DNA of 64,000 nucleotides from Chiloscyllium plagiosum (GCF_004010195.1 NC_057754.1:8113010-8177009); one strand, 5' to 3'. Numbered from the stretch's first letter, positions 25,330-38,237 are shown. The notes: generated by a model from the sequence alone, not told the origin. Program-made: numbers and translations.

Positions 25330-26330
25330 TTTGATTTGTTCCTGTGACATGTGCCTAGGTACAGTGAAAAGTTTTGTTTTGTGTGCAGTACAGGCAGATC
25401 ATACCGTACTAAATGCGTCAGGGCGATAGACCAGAGCAAGGAGTACAATGGTACGGCTGCAGAGAAATTGCACAATGAGCAGGATCAACATTAAATTGAA
25501 AATTTGAGAGGTCCATTCTCAAGTCTAATACTATAACAGCGGGGAAGAAGCTGTTCTTCAATCAGTTGGTACTTGTACCGTCTGCCCAATGCAAGGGGTT
25601 GGAAGAGATTATAACTGAGGTAGGCTGGGAGGTGATGGCCTACTGGTATTATCACTGGACTGTTAATGCAGAGATCCAGGTAATGTTCTGGGGACCTGGG
25701 TTTGAATCCCCCCCCATGGCAGACAGTTGAATTTCAATTCAGTAAAATTAAAAAGAGTCTAATAATGACCATAAATCCATTGTTGATAGTTGGAAAAACC
25801 CATCTGGATCAGGCATGTCCTTCAGGGAAGGAAACTGGCATCCTTACCCAGTCTGGCCTACATGTGACTCCAGACCCACAGCAATGTGATGACTGTTAAT
25901 TGCCCTGTGGGCAATAAATGCTCCCCTAACCAGCGGTGCCCACATCCCATGAATGAATAAAGAAGGGGTCTTCAATGATGTTGGCTGGTTTCCTGAGGCA
26001 ACAAGATGTTTAGTTGGAGTCAATGGACAGAAGGTTGGCTTGTGTGGCGGACTTGGCAGTGTTCACAACTCTCTGTAGTTTCTTATGGTCCTGGGCAGCG
26101 CAGTTGCCCCGCCAAACTATGATGCATCTGGATCGAACACTGTCTAAAGTGGTCTCTAAAAATTGCTAAATTGTTATGGACGTGCCAATTTCCTTACCCT
26201 TCTGAGGAAGGAGAGGCGTGATTTGCTTCCTTGATGGTCACATCAACATGGGTTGGACCAGGACAGACCATCTCTCCCAGGAATTTGACGGCTCTCAGCC
26301 ATCTCCACCTCACTCCCATTGATGTAGCCA
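25330..26330 (-). mobile_element. Rex1/Babar-like LINE RT remnant interrupted by a SINE
   Basis: INGSEVEM / VKFLG / THVDVTIKEA remnants across ORFs 26194-26710(-); homologous to 10150-10390. Confidence 0.7.
25622..25962 (+). mobile_element. Second tRNA-derived SINE family
   Basis: A-box-like tggcctactgg, B-box-like ggtttgaatcc, core aaaacccatctgg..gtccttcagggaaggaaa, tail gggcaataaatgc shared with LINE-B; relatives at 36775-37110, 55480-55770, 57500-57760. Confidence 0.75.
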
Positions 26331-27055
26331 GAGGCGTGCTGGTCACCTTGCTTCCTGCAGTGCAGTGACGTGACAACGCCAGCATTTCCTTCTAACCGGA
26401 AACAGCTCCTGTTTCTGTGTTCCTGCACACAGCACTGTTTGGGCCAACTGACCTGCTTAATACAGTGGATGTGGCCTGTTGTTTCAGTGTAGTGCAGGTA
26501 AGACGGCTGAGTGTTCATGCGAGGTATTTGCAGGGAGGGAGAGTGGTGCAGGACCACATGGGAAGCAGCCATGACAGGCACGGCTGAGTACCAGCTCACA
26601 GTAACATCACTGATGAGTGGTGAATAATTGGTATAACAGCACTGAAGGCGAGTGTGCTTTTCTGTAGATAATTGGATTAATCCGTGCATTGAGTGAACTT
26701 CCCCCTCCACCCAATCTTCTTAAGACCAGTCATATCGTTTTTCACAATGTTGTGATCTCCCATGCCCTGGGACCATGTTTGTCAAGGGTTACTTCTGTAT
26801 AATTGCACCTTGGAATTCTTCAGCGGTGCTACCTCAGCACTGTCGATTGCACATCCTGTGCCAACCTGACGAGTGAACGACACACAGAGCATGTTTTCAC
26901 TTTGATTTTAATTGAAACTTTCGAGGAACTACGAGCAGTCTTCTTGGCAGTGGCTGTTTTGGGTGTTGATAAACAATGAGGGAATTTCTTTCAATCTCTT
27001 GGCTTCTAGTTTCTCAGGGCTGGCACCAGTTTTATAACCAACTCTGAGAAACTAC

Positions 27056-28290
27056 TAGTCTTGTAGTGTCTCAGGATTGGGACCAGTCTTGTAGTGTCTC
27101 TGGGCTGGCACCTGTCTTGTAGTGTCTCAGGTCTGGCACCAGTCTTGTAGTGTCTCAGGGTTGGCACCAGTCTTGTAGTGTCTCAGGATTGGGACCAGTC
27201 TTGTAGTGTCTCAGGGTTGGCACCAGTCTTGTAGTGTCTCAGGGCTGGGACCAGTCTTGTAGTGTCTCAGGGCTGGGACCAGTCTTGTAGTGTCTCAGGT
27301 CTGGCACCAGTCTTGTAGTGTCTCAGGATTGGGACCAGTCTTGTAGTGTCTCAGGTTTGGCACCAGTCTTGTAGTGTCTCTGGGCTGGGGCCAGTCTTGT
27401 AGTGTCTCAGGGCTGGGACCAGTCTTGTAGTGTCTCTGGGCTGGGACCAGTCTTGAAGTGTCTCTGGGCTGGGAACAGTCTTGTAGTGTCTCAGGGCTGG
27501 GACCAGTCTTGAGTGTCTCAGGGCTGGGAACAGTCTTGTAGTGTCTCAGGGTTGGCACCAGTCTTGTAGTGTCTCAGGGTTGGGACCAGTCTTGTAGTTT
27601 CTCAGGGTTGGCACCAGTCTTGTAGTGTCTCAGGGTTGGCACCAGTTTTGTAGTGTCTCTGGGCTGGGACCAGTCTTGTAGTGTCTCAGGGCTGGGACCA
27701 GTTTTGAAGTGTCTCAGGGCTGGGACCAGTCTTGTAGTGTCTCAGGGTTGGCACCAGTCTTGTAGTTTCTCAGGGTTGGCACCAGTCTTGTAGTGTCTCA
27801 GGGTTGGGACCAGTCTTGTAGTGTCTCAGGGCTGGGACCAGTCTTGTAGTTTCTCAGGGTTGGCACCAGTCTTGTAGTGTCTCAGGTTTGGCACCAGTCT
27901 TGTAGTGTCTCTGGGCTGGGACCAGTCTTGTAGTGTCTCAGGGCTGGCACCTGTCTTGTAATGTCTCAGGGCTGGGACCAGTCTTGTAGTGTCTCAGGGT
28001 TGGGACCTGTCTTGTAGTGTCTCAGGGCTGGGACCAGTCTTGTAATGTCTCAGGGTTGGGACCAGTCTTGTAGTTTCTCAGGGCTGGCACCAGTCTTGTA
28101 GTGTCTCAGGGCTGGCACCAGTCTTGTGTCTCAGGGCTAGGACCAGTCTTGTAGTGTCTCAGGGCTGGCACCAGTCTTGTAGTGTCTCAGAGCTGGCACC
28201 AGTCTTGTGTCTCCGGGCTAGGACCAGTCTTGTAGTGTCTCAGGGCTGGCACCAGTCTTTAGTGTCTCGGGCCTGGCAACAATCTTGTAG
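27056..28290. repeat. 28-bp minisatellite, about 44 copies
   Basis: Unit gtcttgtagtgtctcagggctgggacca; degenerate units at both edges. Confidence 0.98.
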
Positions 28291-28464
28291 ATTTTCAGAG
28301 CAGGTGCCAGTCTCGTCTTTACTCAGGGCTGGTCTTCCAGTTTCTCTCAGAGCTGACACCAATATTGTGATATGTTAGTCCAGTGTTCATTTGAGTGTAA
28401 AACTAGCACCAGCCACTGACCAGAGAATGCATTCTGGTGCATTACGCTTTGTGATCAGCACTAG

Positions 28465-29050
28465 AGAGGCTGAACAGGCTGGGGCTGTTTTCCCCAGAGC
28501 GTCGGAGGCTGAGGGCGTGACCTTATCGAGGTTTACAAAATCATGAGGGGCATGGATACGGTAAACAGGCAAGGTCTTTTCCCTGGGATGGGGGGAGTCC
28601 AGAACTCGAGAGCATAAGTTCAGAGTGAGAGGGGAGAGATATAACAGGGACCTGAAGAGCAATGTTTTTTCGCAGAAGGTAGTACGTGTACGGAATGAGC
28701 TGCCAGAGGATGTGGTACAACTGCAACATTTAAGAGGCATTTGGATGGGTATATGAATAGGAAGGGTTTAGAGGAATATGGGCTGGTGCTGGCAGGTGGG
28801 ACTAGATTGGGTTGGGATATCTGATCAGCATGGACAGGTTGGGCCGAAGGATCTCTTTCCGTGCTGTACATCTCTATGACTCGATAGTGAGCATGGACGG
28901 GTTGGGCTGAAGGGTACCTGAATAGGAAGGGTTTAGAGGGATATGGACCGGGTGCTGGCAAATGGGACTCGATTGGGTTGGGATATCTGGTTGGCATGGA
29001 TGAGTTGGACTGAAGGGTCTGTTTCCGTGCTGGACATCTCTGTGACTCTG
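28465..29050 (+). mobile_element. CR1 3' fragment with duplicated tail
   Basis: Tail (aataggaagggtttagagg...ctctatgactc) occurs twice. Confidence 0.9.
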
Positions 29051-29728
29051 TGGTGCACTGCATAGAATGGACACTCCAGGCTTACATGTCGGCACCTTGT
29101 TGCTAAGTCGTTTTGACTCACACTTTGACCTCTTGCCTGCATGTGAGCTCCCTTTGCCTCTGCTTGTGTGCGATGCAGCGGCACGCCAGTGATCCCATGC
29201 TGGGGAAGTGCGACCTCCGATATATAAGCCTCAGGAGACCTAACGTGCAACACATCCGTACTTTACTCTCGGAATCTACCTCGGCAGAAAGTCTTTTGTT
29301 TGAAGGAATTTGCGTGAGTTGGGCTGCAAGAGCATTTCTGGGTTTTTTTTGGGGTGTTATATAACAAACAGTAAAGCCAGAAATCAAGGAGGGAACTAAG
29401 GCAAGCCAACTAAATAATGCTGTCAGCTTACTTTAGGGAAAACAGATGAAAGAAGCAAGGCGATTCGATGCTTTAGCGGAGGAGTTGGAGTTTAATACTG
29501 AAAAAGTCATAATGCAGGAGTGTTACCAAGTTTCAACCACACTGCTGTGTCCAGTAATCTGAACGGGAGACAGGATATCACACGAAGAGAACACGGGGCG
29601 ATGTCCCTTAAAAATGGTCTCCGAGATTAGTTTGTTCGATCCTGGGAGGTGGGGGTTGCAGTGCAAGATTGTGCTAATGAGCGTTCAAACCAAACGCCCA
29701 GTCAGGCCTGAGTTAATGGCTCTGGAGG

Positions 29729-29747
29729 CAGGAAGTGCTGAGTCAGC
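29729..29747 (+). promoter_or_regulatory. Overlapping ETS + MARE/AP-1 motif (candidate enhancer core)
   Basis: CAGGAAGT overlapping TGCTGAGTCAGC in non-repeat DNA; motif match only. Confidence 0.35.
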
Positions 29748-30267
29748 GAGGCAGCATCGATGTCTCAGGCGAATAATTGTTTGTCAGGACCGAAAGATTC
29801 ACCTGCATTTCATTGACTCCAGAGGCAGAGAAGTAGGCCGGGAGGAACGATCCAGAAAGGGAGCCTGCCAACTAACTGTCTGGAGAGGTGGTGTGTTACC
29901 GAACCACGGCATGTCAGTGAGTCAGGGAGGTCAGCGGCACGGAGGAAAGACCCCTTTGCACATCGAGACAGACATGTTTCACTGCCAGGGGAATAAAATT
30001 CTCTCAGCAGAGACTCAATACTGAGCATGTCCGAGGCAGGGAACGATGAGATTTCCAGATCCAAGTGACATCAAGGGCTGATGGAGTTGGTGGGGACAGA
30101 AGGCACCCAGGGAGAGGATTTGATTGTTTGGTCGTATAGGCCTGGACGACCCACACCTTCAGTTCCCTGTACCATTGTGAAATGCAGCAACTGTGGCCTG
30201 ACGTCACTTCCCTCTCTCTGAGCTGTAAATCAGCAGATGATGAAGTCCGAGAACTCTCTCATAGCAA

Positions 30268-30755
30268 GGGAAAGGGTTCAGCAAAGATTTACAAGGATGT
30301 TGCCAGGGTTGGAGGATTTGAGCTTGAGGGAGAGGTTAAATAGGCTGTTTTCCCTGGAGTGTCAGAGGCTGAGGGATGACCTTGTAGAAGTTTATAAAAT
30401 CATGAGGGGGCATGGATAGGGTAAATAGACAAGCTCTTTTCCCTGGGGTGGGGGAGTCCAGAACTAGAGGGCATAGGTTTAGGGTGAGAAGGAATTAGTA
30501 TAAAAGAGACCTAAGGGGCAACTTTTTCACACAGAGGGTGGTACATGTGTGGAATGAGCTGCCAGAGGAAGTGGTGGAGGCTGGTACAATTGCAACATTT
30601 AAAAGGCATCTGGATGGGTATATGAATAGGAAGGGTTTGGAGGGCTGTGGGCCAAGTGCTGGCAAATGGGACTAGATTGGGTTGGGATATCTGGTCGGCA
30701 TGGACGAGTTGGACTGGAGGGTCTGTTTCTGTGCTGTACGTCTCTATGACTCTAT
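30268..30755 (+). mobile_element. CR1/HER1 LINE 3' fragment
   Basis: RERVQQRFTRMLPGLEDLS; standard tail. Confidence 0.93.
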
Positions 30756-30883
30756 AACTTGGTGGGCAAGTGGCACTATTGATGGTAATCTGAAACAATC
30801 CAGGCTAGTGCTTTGAGGCCGTGAGTTTGAGTGCCACTGTGGTGCCAGGGTCAGCAGAAGCTAATCTAATGGTGGCCACCGTC

Positions 30884-31160
30884 AATCCCTGCAGTGTAGG
30901 TAGAGGCCATTTGGCCCATTGAGTCTGCACCATCACTCCAAAGAGCATTCCCCACCCCCAACATCATAACTATGACCATAACCCTGCAGTTACCAGGGCT
31001 TAATTCACCCAACGTGCACATCTTTGGACTGTGGGAGGAAACCCACGCAGACACGGGGAGAATGTGCAAACTCCACACAGACAGTCGCCCGAGGGTGGAA
31101 TTGAACCCGGCTCCCTGGCGCTGTGAGGCAGCAGAGCTAACCACTGTGCCACTGTGCCAC
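30884..31160 (-). mobile_element. HE1-like V-SINE
   Basis: tRNA head and V-domain on the minus strand. Confidence 0.88.
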
Positions 31161-31739
31161 CCTCCATCTCATTCAGCAACGTTTGTGACTGAGGTAAAAA
31201 TGTTAACGTGACTCCAAATCCCCAGCAATGAGATTGACTCTGAACTACTCTCTGAGTAGTCACTCAGTTCAGGAAGTAATTAGGGGTGGTGGTGACTGCA
31301 GCCAGCGATGCTTATGTCCCACGAGTGAGTATAAATAAACACCATTTCGTGCGAATGGAGAGAAGCAGTAATTCTGGCTTTGCTCTCATCTCTGACTGCG
31401 GAGGGAGGCGTTTCTATTTATCTGTGGGGGAGGTTGCCAATCTTAATCCTTTCCAGCTTTTTAATTAGTAGCCACAGACTGGGGTGGGGGGGGGGGCGGC
31501 AAGTTCTACTGGACTGTCTCTGTGTAACATTGTGGTTTTCTGCTCTATCAGCACATACACCTGGAGTGGGCTTTAATAGCACTTTCTGAGCAACGTGTCA
31601 CTTCAGAATCTCTAACACAGAACGAGATCCATGACAACTGCAGTCAAGCCTTAGCAAGGCACAAGGCTTTGAGAATAAACTCTCTGCTGGTTGGACTTCT
31701 TTTTAATGCAAAAGAAGGTGATCGATCACCTCAATATTT

Positions 31740-33160
31740 TCTTTCCTTCACTTGTGGGACGTGTGTGTAACTAGCTGGGCCCAACGTTTATTGCCCGTCC
31801 ATTCTTGCCCCTTGAGAAGGTGGTGGGTGAGCTGCCGTCTTGAGCCGCTGCAGTCCATGTGCTGTAGGTAAATCCACAATGCCCTTAGGGAGGGAATTCT
31901 CAGATTTTAACCCGGCGACAGAAAAGGAACGGCCAATTTATTTCCAAATCGGGATGGTGAGTGGCTTTGAGGGGGTCTTACTGGGGTGGGGGGGGGGGGG
32001 TTAGTGTTCCCATGTATCTGCTGCCCATGTCCTTCTGGATGGAAGTTGGCATCAGTTTGGAAGGTGCTGTCTGAATGTGTTTGGTGAATTTCTGCAGTGC
32101 ATCTTGTAGATGGTACACACTGCTGCTACTGAGCGTCGGGAGTGGGGGGAGTGGGTGTGGTGCCAACCAAGCGGGGGCTGCTTTGTCCTGGATGGTGTTG
32201 AGCTTCTTCATTGTTGTTGGAGCTGCCCCCATCCAGGGGCAAGTGGGGAGTATTCCCTCCCCTTCCTGACTTATGCCTTGTAGAAGGCGGGACAGCTTTG
32301 GGGAGTCAGGAGGTGAGATACTGTATTCCCAGCCTCTGGCCTGCTATTTTAGCCACTGTATGTACATGGTGAGTCCAGTTGAAGTTCTAGTCAATGATAA
32401 GCCCCCAGGGTATTGATAGACTCTCCAATAAAACACAATCTAATTGTTGCCCCTTAACATTTGGTGGTGTTCCCATCACTGAACCCCCCATTCATGATAA
32501 TTGGGGGAGGGGTCGGTAGGAGGTAAGTCACATTTGACGAGTAAGTGAACAAGACAAGCCATATAAACACATGTGGCTGCAAGAGCTGGTTGGGAGCGAG
32601 GAATACTACAGCAAGTAGCTTACCTCCTGACTCCCCAAAACCTGTCCACCATCTACAAGGCACAAGTCAGGAATGCTCCCCACTTGCCCCTGGATGGGTG
32701 CAACTCCGACAACGTCAAGAAGGTCCACGCCATCCAGGAGAAAGCAGCCCCCGCTTGATTGGCACAATACCCACTCCCTCCACCACCGACACCCAGTGGC
32801 AGCAGTGTGTACCATCGACAAACGCACTGCAGGAATTCCCCAAAGTTATTTAGACAGCACCTTTCAAACCCACAACAACATCCCCCCATAATGATAAGGG
32901 CAGAAGATACACGGGGATACTGCCCCCTGCAAGTTTCCCTCCAAGCCACTCCCCATCCCGACTTGGAAACATATTGGCCCTTCCTTCAGTATCGCTGGGT
33001 CAAAATCCTGGAATTCCCTCCCTCAGAGCGTTGATAGGTGTCTCTACTGTTCATGGACTGTAACGGTTCAAGAAGGCAATTCATCCCCATCTTCTCAAGG
33101 GGCAACTAGGGATGGGCTCAGACAGTGAGACCTGCATCTGAGTGAATTTTCAAAAAAGCA
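31740..33160. mobile_element. Two LINE-B 3' fragments in inverted, head-to-head arrangement
   Basis: Minus copy 31740-32420 and plus copy about 32440-33160 cover the same LINE segment (LLTPQNLSTIYKAQVR). Confidence 0.8.
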
Positions 33161-34217
33161 TGAAATAGCGATCAAACAGTATAAAATGGTGATTAAAAAT
33201 TGTTTTGCCCACCATGTAGGGAATCCACTGTGTTTCTGTTCCCCGAGTGCTGTTGTAAAATAATGCTGTGCGTTATGGTTATTTCTGGATAAGCAGTGTT
33301 TCTGAGCAATCTACTGGCAGAGATTGCTTTGGAAGTGGTCCTTTTCAGACCAGGATGTTAAATTGTATGAAGTTACAGAATGGAATGGTTCTGTACCATT
33401 GTGGAGTTGTGACTTGGTGGTGTCACTAATATCGATGGTGGTTGGCAGTCATCAGAAAGAGGGAGAGCGAGTCAGTCACTGCATATGCAGAGGGGGCATG
33501 CATTATTGAACAGCTCGTCTGGGTTGTCAGGAGCTGGAAGACTGAGATCATCGGCTCAGTTGTTTGCGAGGGCTCCTGGTGTGAGCTGACAGTGCCGGTG
33601 ATGTATTCATGCTGTGTTTATGCAGTGCTTCTCTGCTACTTCACAGCTCCGTGTAGTGCATTGAATGCTGTGGTGGACAGGGAGAAGTGACAAACAGAAT
33701 CAAATCACAGAATGGTGAGGGCACAGACAGAGGCCATTTGTCCCATCCTGTCCATGCCAGCCCTCCAAATGAGCAAGCCGCCTAGTTTCAATTTCACCCC
33801 CTTGCCTTCCTCCCATAAACCTGCACATTCTTGCAGTCTGGATAAAAATGAAACCCCTCCTCCAAGGCCTGTCTCGATTGAACCAGCCTCCAGCACGTTC
33901 TCAGGGACTGCGTTCCAGATCCTGGCCACTCGCTGCAGGAATGAGTCTATTCCTCCTGTCGCTGTTGCATTTTTCGCCAATCATTTCTGTCCCCTCCTTT
34001 TCGACCCTTCCACAAATGGGAGCGACTGGTCCCTCAACACTCTGCCCAAACCCCCTCCATGGTTTTAAACACCTCGATGAAATCTCCTCTCGATCTTCTC
34101 TCCTCTGAGAAAGACTGTCCCGGTTTTGACCATATTGACTGCAGAATGACAGGAGATCTCTTAGAAACCTGTAAACCTCTAACAGGACTAGACAGGGACG
34201 AAGCAGGAAGGATGTGA

Positions 34218-35105
34218 GCGGCACGGTGGCACAGTGGTTAGCACTGCAGCCTCACAGCGCCGGAGACCCGGGTTCAAATCCCGCCTCAGGCAACTGTCTG
34301 TGTGGAGTTTGCACGTTCTCCCCGTGTCTGCGTGGGTTTCCTCCGGGTNNNNNNNNNNNNNNNNNNNNNNNNNNNNNNNNNNNNNNNNNNNNNNNNNNNN
34401 NNNNNNNNNNNNNNNNNNNNNNNNNNNNNNNNNNNNNNNNNNNNNNNNNNNNNNNNNNNNNNNNNNNNNNNNNNNNNNNNNNNNNNNNNNNNNNNNNNNN
34501 NNNNNNNNNNNNNNNNNNNNNNNNNNNNNNNNNNNNNNNNNNNNNNNNNNNNNNNNNNNNNNNNNNNNNNNNNNNNNNNNNNNNNNNNNNNNNNNNNNNN
34601 NNNNNNNNNNNNNNNNNNNNNNNNNNNNNNNNNNNNNNNNNNNNNNNNNNNNNNNNNNNNNNNNNNNNNNNNNNNNNNNNNNNNNNNNNNNNNNNNNNNN
34701 NNNNNNNNNNNNNNNNNNNNNNNNNNNNNNNNNNNNNNNNNNNNNNNNNNNNNNNNNNNNNNNNNNNNNNNNNNNNNNNNNNNNNNNNNNNNNNNNNNNN
34801 NNNNNNNNNNNNNNNNNNNNNNNNNNNNNNNNNNNNNNNNNNNNNNNNNNNNNNNNNNNNNNNNNNNNNNNNNNNNNNNNNNNNNNNNNNNNNNNNNNTG
34901 TCTGCGTGGGTTTCCTCCGGGTGCTCCGGTTTCCTCCCACAGTCCAAAGATGTGCAGGTCAGATGAATTGGCCATGCTAAATTGCCTGTAGTGTTAGGTA
35001 AGGGTTAAATGTAGGGGTATGGGTGGGTTGCGCTTCGGAGGGTCGGTGTGAACTTGTTGGGCCGAAGGGCCTGTTTCCACACTGTATTGTAATCTAATCT
35101 AATCT
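34218..35105 (+). mobile_element. HE1-like V-SINE spanning an assembly gap (34349-34898), nested in an older CR1
   Basis: A box tggcacagtgg, B box ggttcaaatcc, (aatct)n tail. Confidence 0.9.
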
Positions 35106-35496
35106 GATGTTTCTGGTGACTGGGGAGGCGAAAACCAGGGGCCCACACAGTCTAAGGATGTACATTAGGCCATTTGAGGAGAAATGTCTTCACCCAGGGA
35201 GTGGGGTGCCTGTGGAATTCTCTGCCACAGAAAGCAGTTGAATGATTTTCAAGAGTGAATTAGATAGAGATTTAGTTCTTAAGTCTAAAAGGAAAAAATC
35301 AGAAAGCGGGGTCCGAGTTGAAACCCAAGGCCCTGTTTCAAAGTTCGCCCAGCTTTCTGCCTCCAATCCCTGAACATCAATCCTAAAGGGCGTTATTGCC
35401 ATTTTGTGGGACCTTGCTTAAATTGATCCATCCTGCGTGCAGGCAGTTGTAGAGTGGTGTGGTTTGGTCGGAATAAAATTGAAAGAGAATATAAAA

Positions 35497-35880
35497 TTTA
35501 GCACGGCCAATCCACCCTAACCTGCACATCCCTGGGCATTATGGGACAACTTAGCACGCCCAATCCACTCTAACCTGCACATCCCTGGACACTGTGGGAC
35601 AATTTAGCGCGGCCAATCCACTCTAACCTGCACATCCCTGGACACTGTGGGACAATTTAGCACAGCCAATCCACCCTAACCTGCACATCCCTGGACACTG
35701 TGGGACAATTTAGCACGGCCAATCCATTCTAACCTGCACATCTTTGCACTGTGGGAGGGAACTCATGCAGACGCGGGGAGAATGTGCAAAGTCCACACAG
35801 ACCGTCGCCTGAAGGTGGGATCGAACCCGGGTCCCTGGTGCTGTGAGGCAGCAATGCTAACCACTGAGCCACCATGCCAT
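35497..35880 (-). mobile_element. HE1-like V-SINE with about 5 tandem 53-bp internal units
   Basis: Repeats of tttagcacggccaatccaccctaacctgcacatccctggacactgtgggacaa, then V-domain and tRNA head. Confidence 0.92.
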
Positions 35881-37463
35881 CCAAACCTCTATTGGGCCAC
35901 CCCTCAACCTCCTACGCTCCAGTGAAAGAAGTCCCAGCCTATCCAGTCTTTCTTTATAACTTGAATTTTCCACACCCTGCAACATCCTGGTAAATCTCCT
36001 CTGAATCCTCTCCAGCTTGACAATATCCTGCCTTTAACTGGGCGACCAAAGCCGGACATGCTATAGGAAAGATGGGACGACGTTGGAGCGCGTGCAGAAG
36101 AGCTGCACTAGAATGGTCCCATTGTGAAACCACAGTGATGAAGATAAGGATGAAGAAGTTAGGACTGAGCTCCTCAGTGAGAAGAAGGCTCCGAGGAGAT
36201 TTGATTGAGGGCTTCAAGTCACGGATTGAGTAGATAGGGATAAACCGTTCCCGATTGTAAATGGAACAAAAACGAGAGGAGCGTAGATTTAAAGTGATGT
36301 GCAAATGATGCATGGATGATGTAGGAAATAGTTAGGATGTGGAAATGTCGAAGAGGCATGTTTCGTTGAAGCACTGATGGGAGTATCCGATTTTATTTCG
36401 TTAGAAATGGTGCGCAGGGATATGGAGGAGAAAACAGGAGAGGATAAAACTGGTGCAGGCAACCGATGGGCAGAAAGGCCTCCTTCTGCGCTGTAACAAT
36501 TCTGTTATTCAGAACAGGGTAGTCCCGGTGCTCCTAACGTTTGTTAGTGCAGTGCGCCCACGCCATGAACCGTTCTGCAGTGCGCTGTCTGGAGGTGTTA
36601 TAACTCTTCAGGCTTTTCGAGTTTCAAGAGTGGTGGAGATAATATTCTATTAGACTGCGGTTAAGGCCACAAACCACAGAGAAGACTTCGGCAAACCTAC
36701 AGACGAGTGAGTAATAGGGAGCACACTGCAGATTGCTGTCTGCCACAGAGCTCAGGAGAATTGTGCAGGAGGGAGAGCTGCCGAGTGGTGGCGTTATCGG
36801 CCCAGGAATCCAGCGGCCCTCTCTGACGCTCCGGAGACCGTGGGTTCGAATCATACCTCAGCAGCTGGCGAAGCCTAAATTTGATTAGTATAAGGTGAGG
36901 TGACGTTTGCCTCGCTCGCAATGGCCTGGAAACTACCGCCAGTTGTTGTCAAATCCCTTCCTTCAGAGAAGGAAATCTGCCCCCTTTACCTGGGACTGTC
37001 CTGCACGTGACTCCAGACCCACAAACACTCTCAGCTGCCCCCTGAGGTTGGCAGCTTCTGTTTAAGGGCCAAGATGGTCACATTCCCTCAGAGAATTGAA
37101 TAGAAAAATGAAAACAACAGTGGTGTGTTCCTGACCCCAAGTGATGTTCTCAAACTGAACCTCCATTGTGTTCAGAACTCTCCCCATGGGAGCTTGTACA
37201 GCCTGTGTGGTTTGGACTTGCCACACTGATTATGGTACAATGGTCCTGTGCTATATCAGTGCGTGCCCAAATGAAGTGATATCCAGCCTTGGGTAGAAAC
37301 GTGGCGAGTAACATTTGCAAGCAATGACTACCTCCAATAAGAGACAGTCTAACCTCTGTGTCTTGATATTCAGCTGCATTATCACCTCTGAGTCCCAACG
37401 ACCAACATACTTGTGGGGGGGGTTACCACGGGCCAGAAACTCTACTGGACTCACCTCTCAGTC

Positions 37464-37682
37464 AAGGAGAAAGTGGGGACTGCAAATACTGGAGATCAGA
37501 GTTGAGAGTCTGATGCTGGAAAAGCACAGCAGGTCAGGCAGCATCCGAGGGAGCAGGAGAATCGACGTTTCGGGCATAAGCCCTTCTTCAGGAATGGAGT
37601 CATTCCACTTGAAACGTCGAATCTCCTGCTCCTGGGATGCTGCCTGACCTGCTGTGCTTTTCCAGCACCACACTGTCAACGT
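37464..37682. mobile_element. Short fold-back Penelope-derived element with near-perfect 11-bp TSD
   Basis: About 70-bp inverted arms 37501-37571/37611-37680; acctc(t/a)cagtc at 37453 and 37683. Confidence 0.85.
37564..37591 (-). ncRNA. Minimal hammerhead ribozyme motif (PLE type), intact core
   Basis: Minus strand CUGAAGA-A-GGGC(UUAU)GCCC-GAAAC-GUC. Confidence 0.72.
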
Positions 37683-38237
37683 ACCTCACAGTCTAAATGA
37701 CTCAGGGAGAAGAAAGACGAGAGACTAACCAACCCAGTCCAGGCAAGTGAAACAGGAGGAAACGTAGACAGTGGCTGCCTCACACTTATAAAAGGTCTCT
37801 GACTTGTTAGTTAGAAGTCACAGCTAACAGAGCATGCTGAGGGAAACCTGGTTGGATTGGTTATCTGCAGGATTATATTAGCTTTTACTGCAGAGAACAG
37901 AGAGAGCTCCTGAGCTGGTACAGGGCTGATAGTTTCTCCCTGCCCCAAGGTGTTCATCTACCTGGGAGCCAGTCCCATAACTGTTGGCAGGCAGAAGGCC
38001 TGAGTTCTCGATAACTGGTCACTCGTCCATCGACCAGTCAGCCTCTTGTTACTGGCTGAAGTTCAATTTGGATCCAGCTGTCGGTTCCAGCGTTTCTGCA
38101 AACTATACATCAATCTCCGCTCGACCGAGCAGCTAACAATGAGTGGCAGCCTACTCGCTTTTAAAAGCACGTTGTAATCCCTCAACAGTCCTTTTCCCAT
38201 TTCAACCCACAGCAGAAAATACAATAAGACCATAAAA

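Noticed and set aside
27056..28290. CRISPR-like array (28-bp repeats)
   Set aside because: Repeats are head-to-tail with no unique spacers, no cas genes are present, and the context is eukaryotic
34325..34922. Repeated V-domain sequence either side of a gap
   Set aside because: The 24-bp overlap across the N run suggests a false gap within one SINE
36775..36870. tRNA gene
   Set aside because: A/B-box-like motifs continue into a SINE body with no full cloverleaf; the same applies to all SINE heads here
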